Part shown: positions 38,813 to 48,315 of the stretch, piece by piece
Layout of the letters: the number at the start of each line of letters is the position of its first letter
How positions within the stretch are numbered: position 1 is the stretch's first letter
Origin: Myxococcota bacterium
Lineage (GTDB): Bacteria; Myxococcota_C; UBA6777
Direction of reading: 5' to 3'
NCBI GenBank assembly: GCA_023150835.1
Contig: JAKLKB010000004.1
Location: forward strand, 1 to 64,000
Length of the DNA: 64,000 nucleotides
Notes under the pieces: generated by a model
Databases searched by the model: none
What the model was told of the DNA's origin: nothing
The model's input: the letters and a program-made list of their open reading frames with translations, nothing else
Position numbers and translations under genes: made by a program

Positions 38813-40237
38813 TCACCAAGCCGGCATACAAGTTTTGCCGTCTTGGGTGAGCATCTTGAGAGCGTCTTGTGGGGTTTGGGCCGTAAAATCGGCAAGAACA
38901 AGATTGTACGCGCCTTGGTTGCTGGCGACGCAAGCAGCCATGCGCTTTGCGTCGGGTGCAAGGGCAAAACTATCGTAAGAGAGTCCTTGCCCGGGCGGAG
39001 GGAGAAGGGGTACAAACTTGCCGTCTTGAAGCGTGACACCGACGATACCTTCGCCGCGAGTATCGGGCTGTCCGTCGTTGTTGGTGTCCCAGCCCGTGGT
39101 GGCTTTGAACAAGATCGCCGAGCCATCGACCGCAAAGATCGGCGTGGCGAGGGCGATCTCGATATCTTGGCTGTTGGCGATCAACTCGTCGCCGTTGCCT
39201 TGTGGGGGAGCGTTGTAACCAAAAAGGCCGCCGTTTCCGCTGGTACAGACGCTATGGACCGCTGCGAGGCGACCTGATACGGGGTGGATGCCGGTGTAGC
39301 CGACGATCTGGCAAGGGGCGGAGGTGGTGTGGATTTGCAGCATACCGCCGTCTGCTGAAACACTCGCGGGGCGGGTCCCTCCGCCGATCTGCCCTTGGTT
39401 TGTAAAGAATTGACCAAAGCTGGTCCAGATCATCTTTCCATCGCCCGACCATTGGGGTTGCGTGAGTTGGAAGCGCAGTCCTTCGAGTTGGCATTGGCCG
39501 ATCGCGGTATTGCAAGCCCGAGGCAACACGCAATCTTTGTTGACGACGCAAGGACCGCCCGTATTGGAGACAGGGATCGGCTGGCTGAGGCGGATCACTT
39601 GGTTGCCGTCGACGCTGATCTTCCAGACGCTTGGGATCTTGACGCCTTGGGTGATCTCGTCGGTTTGTGGCTTATAAAACGCCACCATCGCGATCCACTT
39701 GCGGTCTGGAGACAGCGCAAGCAAGGGGTTTTCTGCTCCACTACCTTCCAAAGCGGGCAATAGGCGCTCTTGCTTGGTTTGGGTGTCGTAGATATATAGC
39801 TTTCCAACGAAACGCTCGCTGTATCGGACAAAAACAAAGCTCGTCGCTGGCAAGGGTATGATCGGCGGGGGATTGTTGTCGGGCTGTGTTTCGGGCTGCT
39901 TTTCGGGATTTGTCGTACCATCGGGATTTGTCGTACCATCGGGATTTGTCGTACCATCGGGATTTGTCGTACCATCGGGATTTGTCGTACCATCTGGGTT
40001 TGTCGTACCGTCTGGGTTTGTCGTACCATCGGGATTTGTGTTTTCTTGGGGGGCTGCGTCTGCGGTGGTTTCAGCGACGGTCTCATTTGCGGCAGGTGGT
40101 GTCCCGCAAGCCGCAAACATCGCCGAGGCAAAGGCGATCAGAGAAACAACCAAAACAGCGCGAGCCATCTTCGACAAGCACAAAGGAAAAGAGAAAAACA
40201 TCGCAGGTCGTTTTGAATGAGGCGGATTCGTCAACAT
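38813..40237 (-). CDS. TolB/PD40-like beta-propeller lipoprotein with NPDGTT repeat linker
   Basis: AAGGAG RBS; lipobox FAAC; 18-bp NPDGTT repeats; LSPDRKWIA, WSGDGK and APDAKR propeller motifs; terminal PAW. Confidence 0.8.
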   Translation of the reverse strand: MLTNPPHSKRPAMFFSFPLCLSKMARAVLVVSLIAFASAMFAACGTPPAANETVAETTADAAPQENTNPDGTTNPDGTTNPDGTTNPDGTTNPDGTTNPDGTTNPDGTTNPEKQPETQPDNNPPPIIPLPATSFVFVRYSERFVGKLYIYDTQTKQERLLPALEGSGAENPLLALSPDRKWIAMVAFYKPQTDEITQGVKIPSVWKISVDGNQVIRLSQPIPVSNTGGPCVVNKDCVLPRACNTAIGQCQLEGLRFQLTQPQWSGDGKMIWTSFGQFFTNQGQIGGGTRPASVSADGGMLQIHTTSAPCQIVGYTGIHPVSGRLAAVHSVCTSGNGGLFGYNAPPQGNGDELIANSQDIEIALATPIFAVDGSAILFKATTGWDTNNDGQPDTRGEGIVGVTLQDGKFVPLLPPPGQGLSYDSFALAPDAKRMAACVASNQGAYNLVLADFTAQTPQDALKMLTQDGKTCMPAW

Positions 40238-40865
40238 GACAAAGACTCCTTGGGGTGGAAGAAGTAGAAGCCCGATGCGCAGAGGATGTTGTGATCTTTT
40301 GGAGAGGGCCACGCCAACATAGCGCAAACGGTTCGCAAAAAGCAAGGCGGATGGCCGCGACAGCAAAGAACAGGCCACCGCTTCCCCAAACACCCACCGC
40401 TCCGATCTCGCAAAGCAAACCACGCCCCCAACAGTCGCCCACACACGCAAGATGTCCAAAAGACAGACAGAGCGGTGCCCAACGATTGGACAGTCGGATG
40501 TGGGATGCTCGAACAAAACAACCCGCAACAAGGCATCCTTGTTTCTAACCTATCAGCCCAAAATTGTCCTCGATATATTTCAGCTTGTTATGTATGTTCT
40601 TGTAATCTATCGCGTTCCAATCTGCTGGATCTTTCTTAGGATGCGCTCCGCTCCAAGTCACCCCAAAAGCGGTGTGTTCTAGAACACGGCATACAAGGCC
40701 CCATCGAGGTCAAATCCCGCCTATTCGTGAACGTCCAAGCGAGAGCTTCGTTTGTGGAAAACACCGATTCGCCTCGCCAAGAAAAGAAATGGCGTTCAGG
40801 CTGGGCGATCCGAGGTTTCCACCTTAACCTTGCGCCTATACCCCACAAAACCATCCAACTGCGTC

Positions 40866-40980
40866 GTACGAAATCCGCTCGTTGTGTGATCGTAAAAATG
40901 TAGGGGCAGACAGGTGTGGCTGCCCAAGAATCGGGCGTCTACGAATGATGCTTTGTGTACACATCACCCGGACATCGTAT
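40866..40980 (-). repeat. Family A element copy
   Basis: Reverse complement reads ATACGATGTCCGGGTGATG...GTAGACGCCCGATTCTTGGGCAGCCACACCTGTCTGCCCCTAC...GCGGATTTCGTA. Confidence 0.8.
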
Positions 40981-40991
40981 AAGTCCTACGA

Positions 40992-42629
40992 TTATTTCAA
41001 AAACAGGCAGGGTTGTTCGTCGGTGGTTCCGTTGTTGTTATCATCTTTTTGGTTATTGCAGATCTCGACGGCTTTGCAAGAGGCGGAAGGTTGGCCGTTT
41101 TCGCAAGTATAAGAGCCAAGGATCTTTCCGTTCGGAGAATCCAGCAAGCAAAAGGCATCGACTTTGCCGTCGGGGACGACGTTATCGATCAATCCGTCGC
41201 AGTCGTCGTCTTTGCCGTTGCAGATCTCGGTAAAGGCTTCACAAGTTTCTAGGCCGGTGCCTTTGCAGGCGATCTCTCCGCAGAAGCGGCGAAGACCAAA
41301 AGAGGTGCCATCGACTTCGACACGTTTTTCGCTGTCTTTGTCGCTGCATCCGATGCGAAGGGAGTAATCGGCCTGTGTTCCGGGGAAGTTGTCGATGAAT
41401 CCGTCACAGTCATCATCTTTTCGATTGCATCCTGCGATGGATTCGGCGCGTTGGATATCCCATTGGTCTTTGGCGAAGTCTTCGCCCTTTTCGTTGTACT
41501 TACACGAAGACCACACCAAGACAGCGTCTCGTTTCTCGCAGCGCTGGTAGATCTTGGAACAGCCTTGGTTTGGTTTTTTGGGGATCACACGCAGCGCACA
41601 TTCGCGGATTTGATTTTCCACGCAATCTCCGCATGGATGGGAAGAAGAATCCAGCCCTCCTTCGGCGGTGCATCGGGAGTCGCCTTTGTCGTTGGCGGGT
41701 GTGGTGTCCGTGATGGGTTCTTTCGAGAAGGCTCCGGCCTTTTGCCGAATACAATTTCTCTCGATAGCCACATCGTCGATCTGGCCGTCGCAATCGCCAT
41801 CAAGGCCGCTGCATGGGTTATTTGTCGGCAGGCGAAAGCCTTTGCAAGCGCCCCAAACTCCTTTTTGCGCGGTGTTGCTTTCGGGATCGGGCTCGCAGGC
41901 TTGGATGCCTTGCATACAAAAGGTATAAGGATTTTTCTCATCCAATGGCGTGGTGCTTGGGGTCGCGTCGTTTCGTGACCCGGGATAACAGTAACGAACG
42001 GTCCCGACAGGCCCACAAGGACATTCTTTTGCGGGAGGATCGGGGAGACCGTCGCAATCTTCGTCGGTGCGGGCGCAGCGTTTGAGTTCGTCTTTGATGG
42101 CGCGGACGGTATCGAGAGCAACGGGCGTGATGGCTCCTGTACACGGACTCAGCCCTGCGCCGTTTAAGATGGAGCGGCGTTGCCCAAGGCGACAGTTTCC
42201 TTTGAGGGGCTCTTTGGGCGGATCGGTTGGGTAGCAGGCATGAAGATCTCGAAAAGGATAAGGCTTTCCCGCGCCATCGAGCAGGACCTGCACACAACGC
42301 TTCACAAGACAAGAGTACGGTCCTTTGCGTTGTTCGGCGCGCTCACAACGCGAAGGTTCAAGGCAAAAAACATTTTCTGGATCGACGTTCTCAGGCGTAC
42401 AACTCGGACTGAAGGGGAGATTCGAGGCTTGTGGATGGTTTGCTTTGGCGTCGATCTCGCAAACACGCGGCTGAGCGGCCAGACAGTGCAGCGTGGAGAC
42501 GCCAAGAAGTGCAGAGAAAAACAAGAACAGCCGTCCACGAAGTCGTTGATTCGGGTGGTGGGGGCTGTTCTGCGTTGCAAAAGGGTTCGTGTGTGTTTGT
42601 TTGGACGGGGTGTTGGTGTGGGCGGGCAT
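40992..42629 (-). CDS. Cys-rich repeat (CNGKDDDCDG) exported protein
   Basis: Multiple C..xD.DCDG.xD repeats; hydrophobic signal ending TLHC. Confidence 0.8.
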   Translation of the reverse strand: MPAHTNTPSKQTHTNPFATQNSPHHPNQRLRGRLFLFFSALLGVSTLHCLAAQPRVCEIDAKANHPQASNLPFSPSCTPENVDPENVFCLEPSRCERAEQRKGPYSCLVKRCVQVLLDGAGKPYPFRDLHACYPTDPPKEPLKGNCRLGQRRSILNGAGLSPCTGAITPVALDTVRAIKDELKRCARTDEDCDGLPDPPAKECPCGPVGTVRYCYPGSRNDATPSTTPLDEKNPYTFCMQGIQACEPDPESNTAQKGVWGACKGFRLPTNNPCSGLDGDCDGQIDDVAIERNCIRQKAGAFSKEPITDTTPANDKGDSRCTAEGGLDSSSHPCGDCVENQIRECALRVIPKKPNQGCSKIYQRCEKRDAVLVWSSCKYNEKGEDFAKDQWDIQRAESIAGCNRKDDDCDGFIDNFPGTQADYSLRIGCSDKDSEKRVEVDGTSFGLRRFCGEIACKGTGLETCEAFTEICNGKDDDCDGLIDNVVPDGKVDAFCLLDSPNGKILGSYTCENGQPSASCKAVEICNNQKDDNNNGTTDEQPCLFLK

Positions 42630-42687
42630 GGTCTCGTCGCTTATCCTAGCGTTGCGGTGCGTTTGGCGAGTATTTCGGACAAAGAGA

Positions 42688-43722
42688 TTAGGGCGAAGTG
42701 ACGGGAGAAAGCAACAGCGTGGGCGCGTTTGGGCCGATGCGACCGAGCGGAAAAGAATCGGTGGGTGCAAGAGTCGACAAGCCGGGCAGAGGCCGCAAGG
42801 TTTCGGATCGGGAACTTTGGGAGAGCGCGTGTCCGATGGCGGCAGCGCCGAGGACGACGACTCCCACAGCGGCTGCGATCACACCCACCGTCAAGAGGGT
42901 CGAAGCCGTATTGAATTCGTTGTTGTATTGTTCGTCTGTGATCGTCTTTGCGGTTTTGGGATCGGAAAGGATGCCGTTGAGTCGGCCTTGTTCGAGCGGG
43001 GCATAGATGATCATGGGGATCGCCGCAGCAAGCACGATCCCACCGACCACATAACCCGCGATCACGAACGGAGGGGTTTGATTCGCGATCACCACATTTT
43101 TTTCAAGGATATTGATCTTGTCTGCGCTGACGTTGACGGTTTTTCCGAGGTCGGGCTTGATCTCGACAGATTGGACTTTTTTGTTGTTGGGAGGAAACAA
43201 CACCTCAACCGTATAGAGTCCCGGGCGTACGGACTCGCTGAACTGTCCAAGAGCTTGGCGGCTGTACTCAACGCCTGTGACAGTGATACGGGCCTCTTCG
43301 TTGCCTGTCAAAACAGCAAGTGGAGCCGCTTTGATCTTGCGCAAAAGCTGATCGGCGAGATTGCGGTTGCTTTCGCAGCGCCCCGAAGCTTTGCACGTAC
43401 CCGAGCGAAAAGACTCCATCAAGAGATCGGCTGCACGGTTTTGAAGGGCTGCTTTGGAGGCTTGATGGGCCGGTTGTTCGGCGGCTTTGGCATAACAGAT
43501 GGCCCCGTTTCGCAGATAGCGATCTTCGAGCAAGTCGCGGAAGTCGTCGCGTTTGCGGGTGCGCAACGTCCCAAGGAGTTTTTTATAACAATCACCCGCT
43601 TGAAGGAAATCGCTCGATTTGTAGTGTTTTTGACAAGCCGCTTCTTCGCCTTGTGCGTGTGCAGAAAAAGGCCCGCACAACCAACACAGCCACAACACCA
43701 GCACAAGATAAGCCCGAAACAT
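42688..43722 (-). CDS. Exported TPR/PEGA-like protein with C-terminal TM segments
   Basis: Signal peptide ending AHA-Q, helical N-terminus, PEGA-like VRPGLYTVEV, two C-terminal hydrophobic segments. Confidence 0.7.
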   Translation of the reverse strand: MFRAYLVLVLWLCWLCGPFSAHAQGEEAACQKHYKSSDFLQAGDCYKKLLGTLRTRKRDDFRDLLEDRYLRNGAICYAKAAEQPAHQASKAALQNRAADLLMESFRSGTCKASGRCESNRNLADQLLRKIKAAPLAVLTGNEEARITVTGVEYSRQALGQFSESVRPGLYTVEVLFPPNNKKVQSVEIKPDLGKTVNVSADKINILEKNVVIANQTPPFVIAGYVVGGIVLAAAIPMIIYAPLEQGRLNGILSDPKTAKTITDEQYNNEFNTASTLLTVGVIAAAVGVVVLGAAAIGHALSQSSRSETLRPLPGLSTLAPTDSFPLGRIGPNAPTLLLSPVTSP

Positions 43723-43767
43723 CGGCAAAAAGCGAACGAACAACGTAGGTAAAACCATCAACAAATC

Positions 43768-43931
43768 GGAGCGACGCAGTAGCCCAAAAAAGCCGTGTTC
43801 GCGCTGTTTCAAGCAAGAGAGTCGTCTGTGTAAAAAACGATGATCTCTTTGCCGATACGGGGTCAAGAGGGCTTCGCCCTCTCGTGGGGTGTTGGGCAAT
43901 GCCCCGCAAAACCTTCCAACTGCGTCACTCC
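43768..43931 (-). repeat. Family B element copy with its own imperfect TIRs
   Basis: GGAGCGACGCAGT (43768-43780) / ACTGCGTCACTCC (43919-43931); internal core matches the other B copies. Confidence 0.75.
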
Positions 43932-44120
43932 CAAAGAAAGAAGAAAAAGTAGTGTTGGCAAACGAACGGTAATCCATGATGCGATCCGTCAGAGATGTGA
44001 GGGTTGGCTGCCGTGTGAGTGATGATGGCGACAAGAGATGCGGCGTATAGAGGGAAGTGTAGAGCACAGAAGAAAAAACGCAAGAGGCGTTGGATGCGAG
44101 AGATGGACTCGAAAAAGGCG

Positions 44121-45203
44121 CTAGGCGTGAGGGATTTGATAGAAGCGAGCGGCATTTTGAAAGAAGAGTGCGTGTAAAGTCTCGGCAGGGAGGTTCATCG
44201 CGAGGAGGTGGCGGATCTCGCGATCCCATGCGTAGGGGATATTGGGAAAATCGGTGCCGTAAAGGAGGCGATCAGGCCGTCGATTCAACATCGAAATAGG
44301 CGGAGCGACAGGGAAGTAATCGGCGAGAACCATCGTCGTATCGAGCCACAGGTGATCGAATCGTTCGAGTAGATCGGCGTACCCATCGAACTCGTCCACG
44401 CCAAGATGTGGGACGCAAAGCTGAAGTGTCGGATAATCGAGAAGAACACGCTCGATACGGCTGACATGGCAAAGAAGATGTGGATCACACGGATACGCGG
44501 GACTTTTGGGTTCTCGGCCCGCGTGCATAATCAACGGTTGGTTGTGTTTAACACACGTTTCATAAATCACGTGCATCTCGGGTGCATCGGGAGAAAAGCA
44601 CTGCACATGGCAATGCAGCTTCACCCCGCGCAACCCCAGCGCAAAGGCTTCTTCAAGGATCAGACTTGCGTTCGGTTCGCCCGGCAACACCGTTGCAACG
44701 CAAGTCAAGCGAGGTTCCTGTTGGCAAAGGCTCGCCATATATTGATTCATCCACGCCGCAAGGCCGGGCTTATGGGCATAATGGAGCGCAACGAGATGAT
44801 GCACCCCCCGCGACAACAAAAACTCGATGACTTGGGGGCTATGAAGCGGATAGCGGATCGGCCAACCGTGACGCCCAAACCACCGCCATAGCGCCTCAAA
44901 GATCCGATCAGGAAACAAGTGGACGTGCGCATCGATCACAGGCGGCAGATCGGAGGGTAGCGCACGACCTTCGGGATCTTCAAGGCCGAGCATTGGATGT
45001 GTCAACAGGTCACGAGCAGAAGACGCCATACAGCGCACACAAGCCGCGATATCCCGATGCCCTAGTCCGCTCGCTTCCTCGGCCTCCAAAAAGGCTTGGA
45101 TGATGTCGTTGAGGTCTTTCGTTGCAGGAAGCCGCTTTGGAGAAGGCAACAGAAGCGGCGTGGAAGGTTCGATCAATGGGGTCAATTGAGCGTGCATCAT
45201 CAA
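44121..45203 (-). CDS. Amidohydrolase-2 family protein
   Basis: IDAHVH, GVKLH, IMHAG, VPHLG, YGTDFP motifs. Confidence 0.88.
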   Translation of the reverse strand: MMMHAQLTPLIEPSTPLLLPSPKRLPATKDLNDIIQAFLEAEEASGLGHRDIAACVRCMASSARDLLTHPMLGLEDPEGRALPSDLPPVIDAHVHLFPDRIFEALWRWFGRHGWPIRYPLHSPQVIEFLLSRGVHHLVALHYAHKPGLAAWMNQYMASLCQQEPRLTCVATVLPGEPNASLILEEAFALGLRGVKLHCHVQCFSPDAPEMHVIYETCVKHNQPLIMHAGREPKSPAYPCDPHLLCHVSRIERVLLDYPTLQLCVPHLGVDEFDGYADLLERFDHLWLDTTMVLADYFPVAPPISMLNRRPDRLLYGTDFPNIPYAWDREIRHLLAMNLPAETLHALFFQNAARFYQIPHA

Positions 45204-45235
45204 AAAAACTCTTCGAATTGGATAGAATAGAACCT

Positions 45236-45480
45236 ATACAAAATCTGCCCATTCGTTCGAGACCCCCGTGTATCGGGACATCGAGCAGCGAACGGATACG
45301 CTCACACAACAACAGATGTTTGCCTTTTTACGTACAAACGTGTTGTCTTTCCGACAGCACAGACGAAGTGTCCAAGTGTTCGCCACAGGGGGCTGCCCAG
45401 AAACAGGACCGCAACAGCAAACCGTACCGACAACATGGCTGCTTGAAACAGCGAGTACACGGGTTTTTTTGCCGACGGCG
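45236..45480. repeat. Degenerate family A remnant (minus strand) plus family B tail
   Basis: ATACAAAATCTGCCC (A end), CCACAGGGGGCTGCCCAGAAACAGG, and GCTTGAAACAGCGAGTACACGGGTTTTTTTG (B tail). Confidence 0.5.
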
Positions 45481-45503
45481 TTGGCTTGGTTGAAGTGCTT
45501 TGC

Positions 45504-46409
45504 TTATTTTGGGGTGACGCGACGGTGGTTTTTGCTGCGGATGAGGGTCTTTGTTGCGAGTTTTCCGCGTTGAAATCGTGCGACGCCCTCAAAATGAATG
45601 GTGCTTGTGGCGATGTTATCGAGAAAAGGCGAGCGCCCGTCGACAGCGCCGCTACCTTTGCTGCTGAGGATGATCTGACCTTTGACTTGTTCGTAGCGTG
45701 GGAAAGCGATCAACGGAATCAGCAGATCCATCTGCAACGTTGCGCGCAAAGGCGCAGAGTCGGCCTGTATCGCCAGCAATTTGCCTTCTGCACGAATGCC
45801 CTTGATGTCGATGGTTTGGCGGGGAAAGGGTACTTGCTGCAACAAAGCATCTGTGGGGATCTTCCAGATCCCTCCGATGGGAAGGGGCATTTGCGGAAAA
45901 AGCCGACGCTGCGAACGCCGCGAAAGACTGCGACGGACGTAGTTGCGATCCCGAGCCGAAAGAGGCCGTTGATCTTGCGTTGCGATGGTGACATCACGGC
46001 CTCGCACTCCTTTGAGGATCAGCGTGCGCCCGACCAATCCGCAACTCCAAGGAAGCGCACGTTGGCGGTTGCCTCGCACGATCAAGTAATGCGCTGCACA
46101 ACGACGATACACCCGCATCCGTTCGCTGATCCGACCTTCTTGGACAGCAAGGACTTTTTCTTCGTAGACGGCCTCGTTTTGCATTTGACGCCGCTGGATC
46201 ACCTTTCCTTCGGCGGTACTCGTGATCATGCTTTGGTCCTCTTTCACACGCACGACGTAGGCGTCGCCCTTGCGGGGTTGATAGTGATAGAGGCGATAGT
46301 TTGTGGCCGAAAATGCGGCGGTTGAGGCAGGTCGGGAAGCAGGAGGCTCCGCCCACGCCACCGCAACAGAACAAAAAACAATCGGGAACAAGAAAAGCGA
46401 TCTCGTCAT
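45504..46409 (-). CDS. Hypothetical exported basic protein
   Basis: Signal peptide ending AWA-E; long ORF; no recognised motif. Confidence 0.7.
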   Translation of the reverse strand: MTRSLFLFPIVFCSVAVAWAEPPASRPASTAAFSATNYRLYHYQPRKGDAYVVRVKEDQSMITSTAEGKVIQRRQMQNEAVYEEKVLAVQEGRISERMRVYRRCAAHYLIVRGNRQRALPWSCGLVGRTLILKGVRGRDVTIATQDQRPLSARDRNYVRRSLSRRSQRRLFPQMPLPIGGIWKIPTDALLQQVPFPRQTIDIKGIRAEGKLLAIQADSAPLRATLQMDLLIPLIAFPRYEQVKGQIILSSKGSGAVDGRSPFLDNIATSTIHFEGVARFQRGKLATKTLIRSKNHRRVTPK

Positions 46410-46624
46410 AAAAAACCATCAATGATTTGGGGTGGATGACTGGCGCATCAAAGATGCGGCGGCGTCAACGTACGCGCAGATCTTGCGCTGCGTCAAGGGT
46501 GCGAGTGATGCTGTGGACTCGTTGCCTTGATCTAGGACAACCGCACAGGCTTGCTATCTTCGCGAAGTGGGTTAGGTTCTTTGTACTGTCTGATGACTGA
46601 AAAAGAAGAAAAAAGGAGCGCACG

Positions 46625-47200
46625 ATGAAAACGTTGTTACCCAAAATCCTCATCCTGATCGGGATTTTAATTCTTGTGTTGTTGGGTCGTTCGTGTATGG
46701 TGGGTTATTTCCCGGGTCGCTCAGAAGTCAAACCGCCCGAGACGCAAACCACCGCAGGCAAAACAGCAGAAGAAGCGCCCACAGTACTGCCGCGCCCTCT
46801 GTTGCACTTGACCCAGATCAGCATCGAAGAAGTCGAGATCTTGATCAACGCGGATCCCGAGTACCGCAAAAAATTAAAAGAAGAACTTACCGCTTTCTTC
46901 GGTCAAGTCGGTGTTTTGGAGCTCAAAACCACCGAAGAAAAAATGAAAGATCAATCCGTTGTCATCGTGTTGCGCGTCGAAGTTCAGCAAGAAGGCAAGG
47001 TCTTGAAAACGCCCCAGATCGAAAAAAAGACCGATGGAGCGCTTGAAGCCGCCATCCGACTGCGTGATGTGATGACCAAGTTCCGCGCAAGCACCGTCCC
47101 CAAGACCTACGTCGAGGCCCGCATCACCTATCGCGCCAAGATATTGCCCCCGACGCATCAAAAACCCGCGAACACAGGCACTTACCAAGTAGCTCCCTGA
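46625..47200 (+). CDS. Hypothetical membrane-anchored protein, tandem paralog 1
   Basis: AAGGAG RBS; N-terminal hydrophobic segment then GRSC; near-identical core to 47423-48004. Confidence 0.8.
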   Translation: MKTLLPKILILIGILILVLLGRSCMVGYFPGRSEVKPPETQTTAGKTAEEAPTVLPRPLLHLTQISIEEVEILINADPEYRKKLKEELTAFFGQVGVLELKTTEEKMKDQSVVIVLRVEVQQEGKVLKTPQIEKKTDGALEAAIRLRDVMTKFRASTVPKTYVEARITYRAKILPPTHQKPANTGTYQVAP

Positions 47201-47224
47201 ACCTCGCTTCGACAGATAAACCTT

Positions 47225-47339
47225 AGACGATATCCGAGTGATGTATCCACAAAGGAGAGTACGTAGACGCCCGATTGTTGGGCAGCCACACCTGTCTGCC
47301 CCGACCTCTTTACGATAACGCTACGGGCGGATTTCGTGT
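47225..47339 (+). repeat. Family A element copy between the tandem paralogs
   Basis: AGACGATATCCGAGTGATG...GTAGACGCCCGATTGTTGGGCAGCCACACCTGTCTGCCCCGAC...GGGCGGATTTCGTGT. Confidence 0.8.
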
Positions 47340-47422
47340 GGCTCCTTCGCGTTTAAACACCAGACTTCAACAAATATGCAAGGCACTTCGCCCAAAGCAT
47401 CCAATACATTGGAGATTTGAAA

Positions 47423-48004
47423 GTGAAAACATGGATTCCAAGACTCTTGATCTTCGTTGGCGCGGTGGGCCTCGCCTTGGCAGGCCGTGCTTGTATGGTC
47501 GGCTACTTCCCAGAAGGCCCCCAAAACCAAACCCCACAGATCACGCCCCAAGCAGGCAAAACGGCGGAAGAAGCGCCCACAGAACTGCCGCGTCCTTTGT
47601 TACATCTGAGCCAGATCAGCATCGAAGAAGTCGAGATATTGATCAACGCAGATCCCGAATACCGCAAGAAATTAAAAGAAGAACTCACCGCTTTCTTCGG
47701 TCAAATCGGCGTTTTGGAGCTCAAAACTACCGAAGAAAAAATGAAAGATCAACCCGTCGCCATCGTGTTGCGCGTCGAAGTCCAACAAGAAGGCAAAGTC
47801 CTCAAACTCCCACAGATCGAGAAAAAGACCGACGGAGCGCTTGAAGCCGCCATCCGACTGCGCGACACCACCCTGAAGTTTCGCGCAAGCACCGTCCCCA
47901 AAACCTACGTCGAAGCCCGCGTCACCTACCGCGCCAAGATCATCTCTCCCCTCCTGCAAAAACCCACCCGCACAGGTGGCTTCCAAGTGGTCCCCCTGAA
48001 ATAA
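47423..48004 (+). CDS. Hypothetical membrane-anchored protein, tandem paralog 2
   Basis: GGAG RBS plus GTG gives MKTWIP, matching paralog 1 MKTLLP; shared ISIEEVEILINADPEYRKKLKEELTAFFG. Confidence 0.8.
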   Translation: MKTWIPRLLIFVGAVGLALAGRACMVGYFPEGPQNQTPQITPQAGKTAEEAPTELPRPLLHLSQISIEEVEILINADPEYRKKLKEELTAFFGQIGVLELKTTEEKMKDQPVAIVLRVEVQQEGKVLKLPQIEKKTDGALEAAIRLRDTTLKFRASTVPKTYVEARVTYRAKIISPLLQKPTRTGGFQVVPLK

Positions 48005-48180
48005 TCTTCCGCCATCTTCCGCCATCTTCCGCCATCTTCCGCCATCTTCCGCCATCTTCCGCCATCTTCCGCCATCTTCCGCTATCTTCCGCTATCTTCC
48101 GCCATCTTCCGCCATCTTCCGCCATCTTCCGCCATCTTCCGCCATCTTCCGCCATCTTCCGCTATCTTCCGCTATCTTCT
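48004..48180 (+). repeat. 10-bp tandem repeat (ATCTTCCGCY) x17 plus a partial unit
   Basis: Directly visible; T variants at units 8-9 and 16-17. Confidence 0.97.
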
Positions 48181-48315
48181 GTCGGTGGTGAACTTTTCTT
48201 TTGAGAACATCGTTGCACGAACAGATCGATTGTGTTAGAGAATGCAGCCTTGTCGCGCCCGTGGACGGGGATCGATGGGTGCATGAGGCGACGAAAAAGA
48301 CCGAAGGAGAAGAGC

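Noticed and set aside
48004-48180. Possible CRISPR array, or the MAEDGGRWRK-repeat ORFs on the minus strand
   Set aside because: Contiguous 10-bp units with no spacers and no cas genes; the ORFs are by-products of the repeat.
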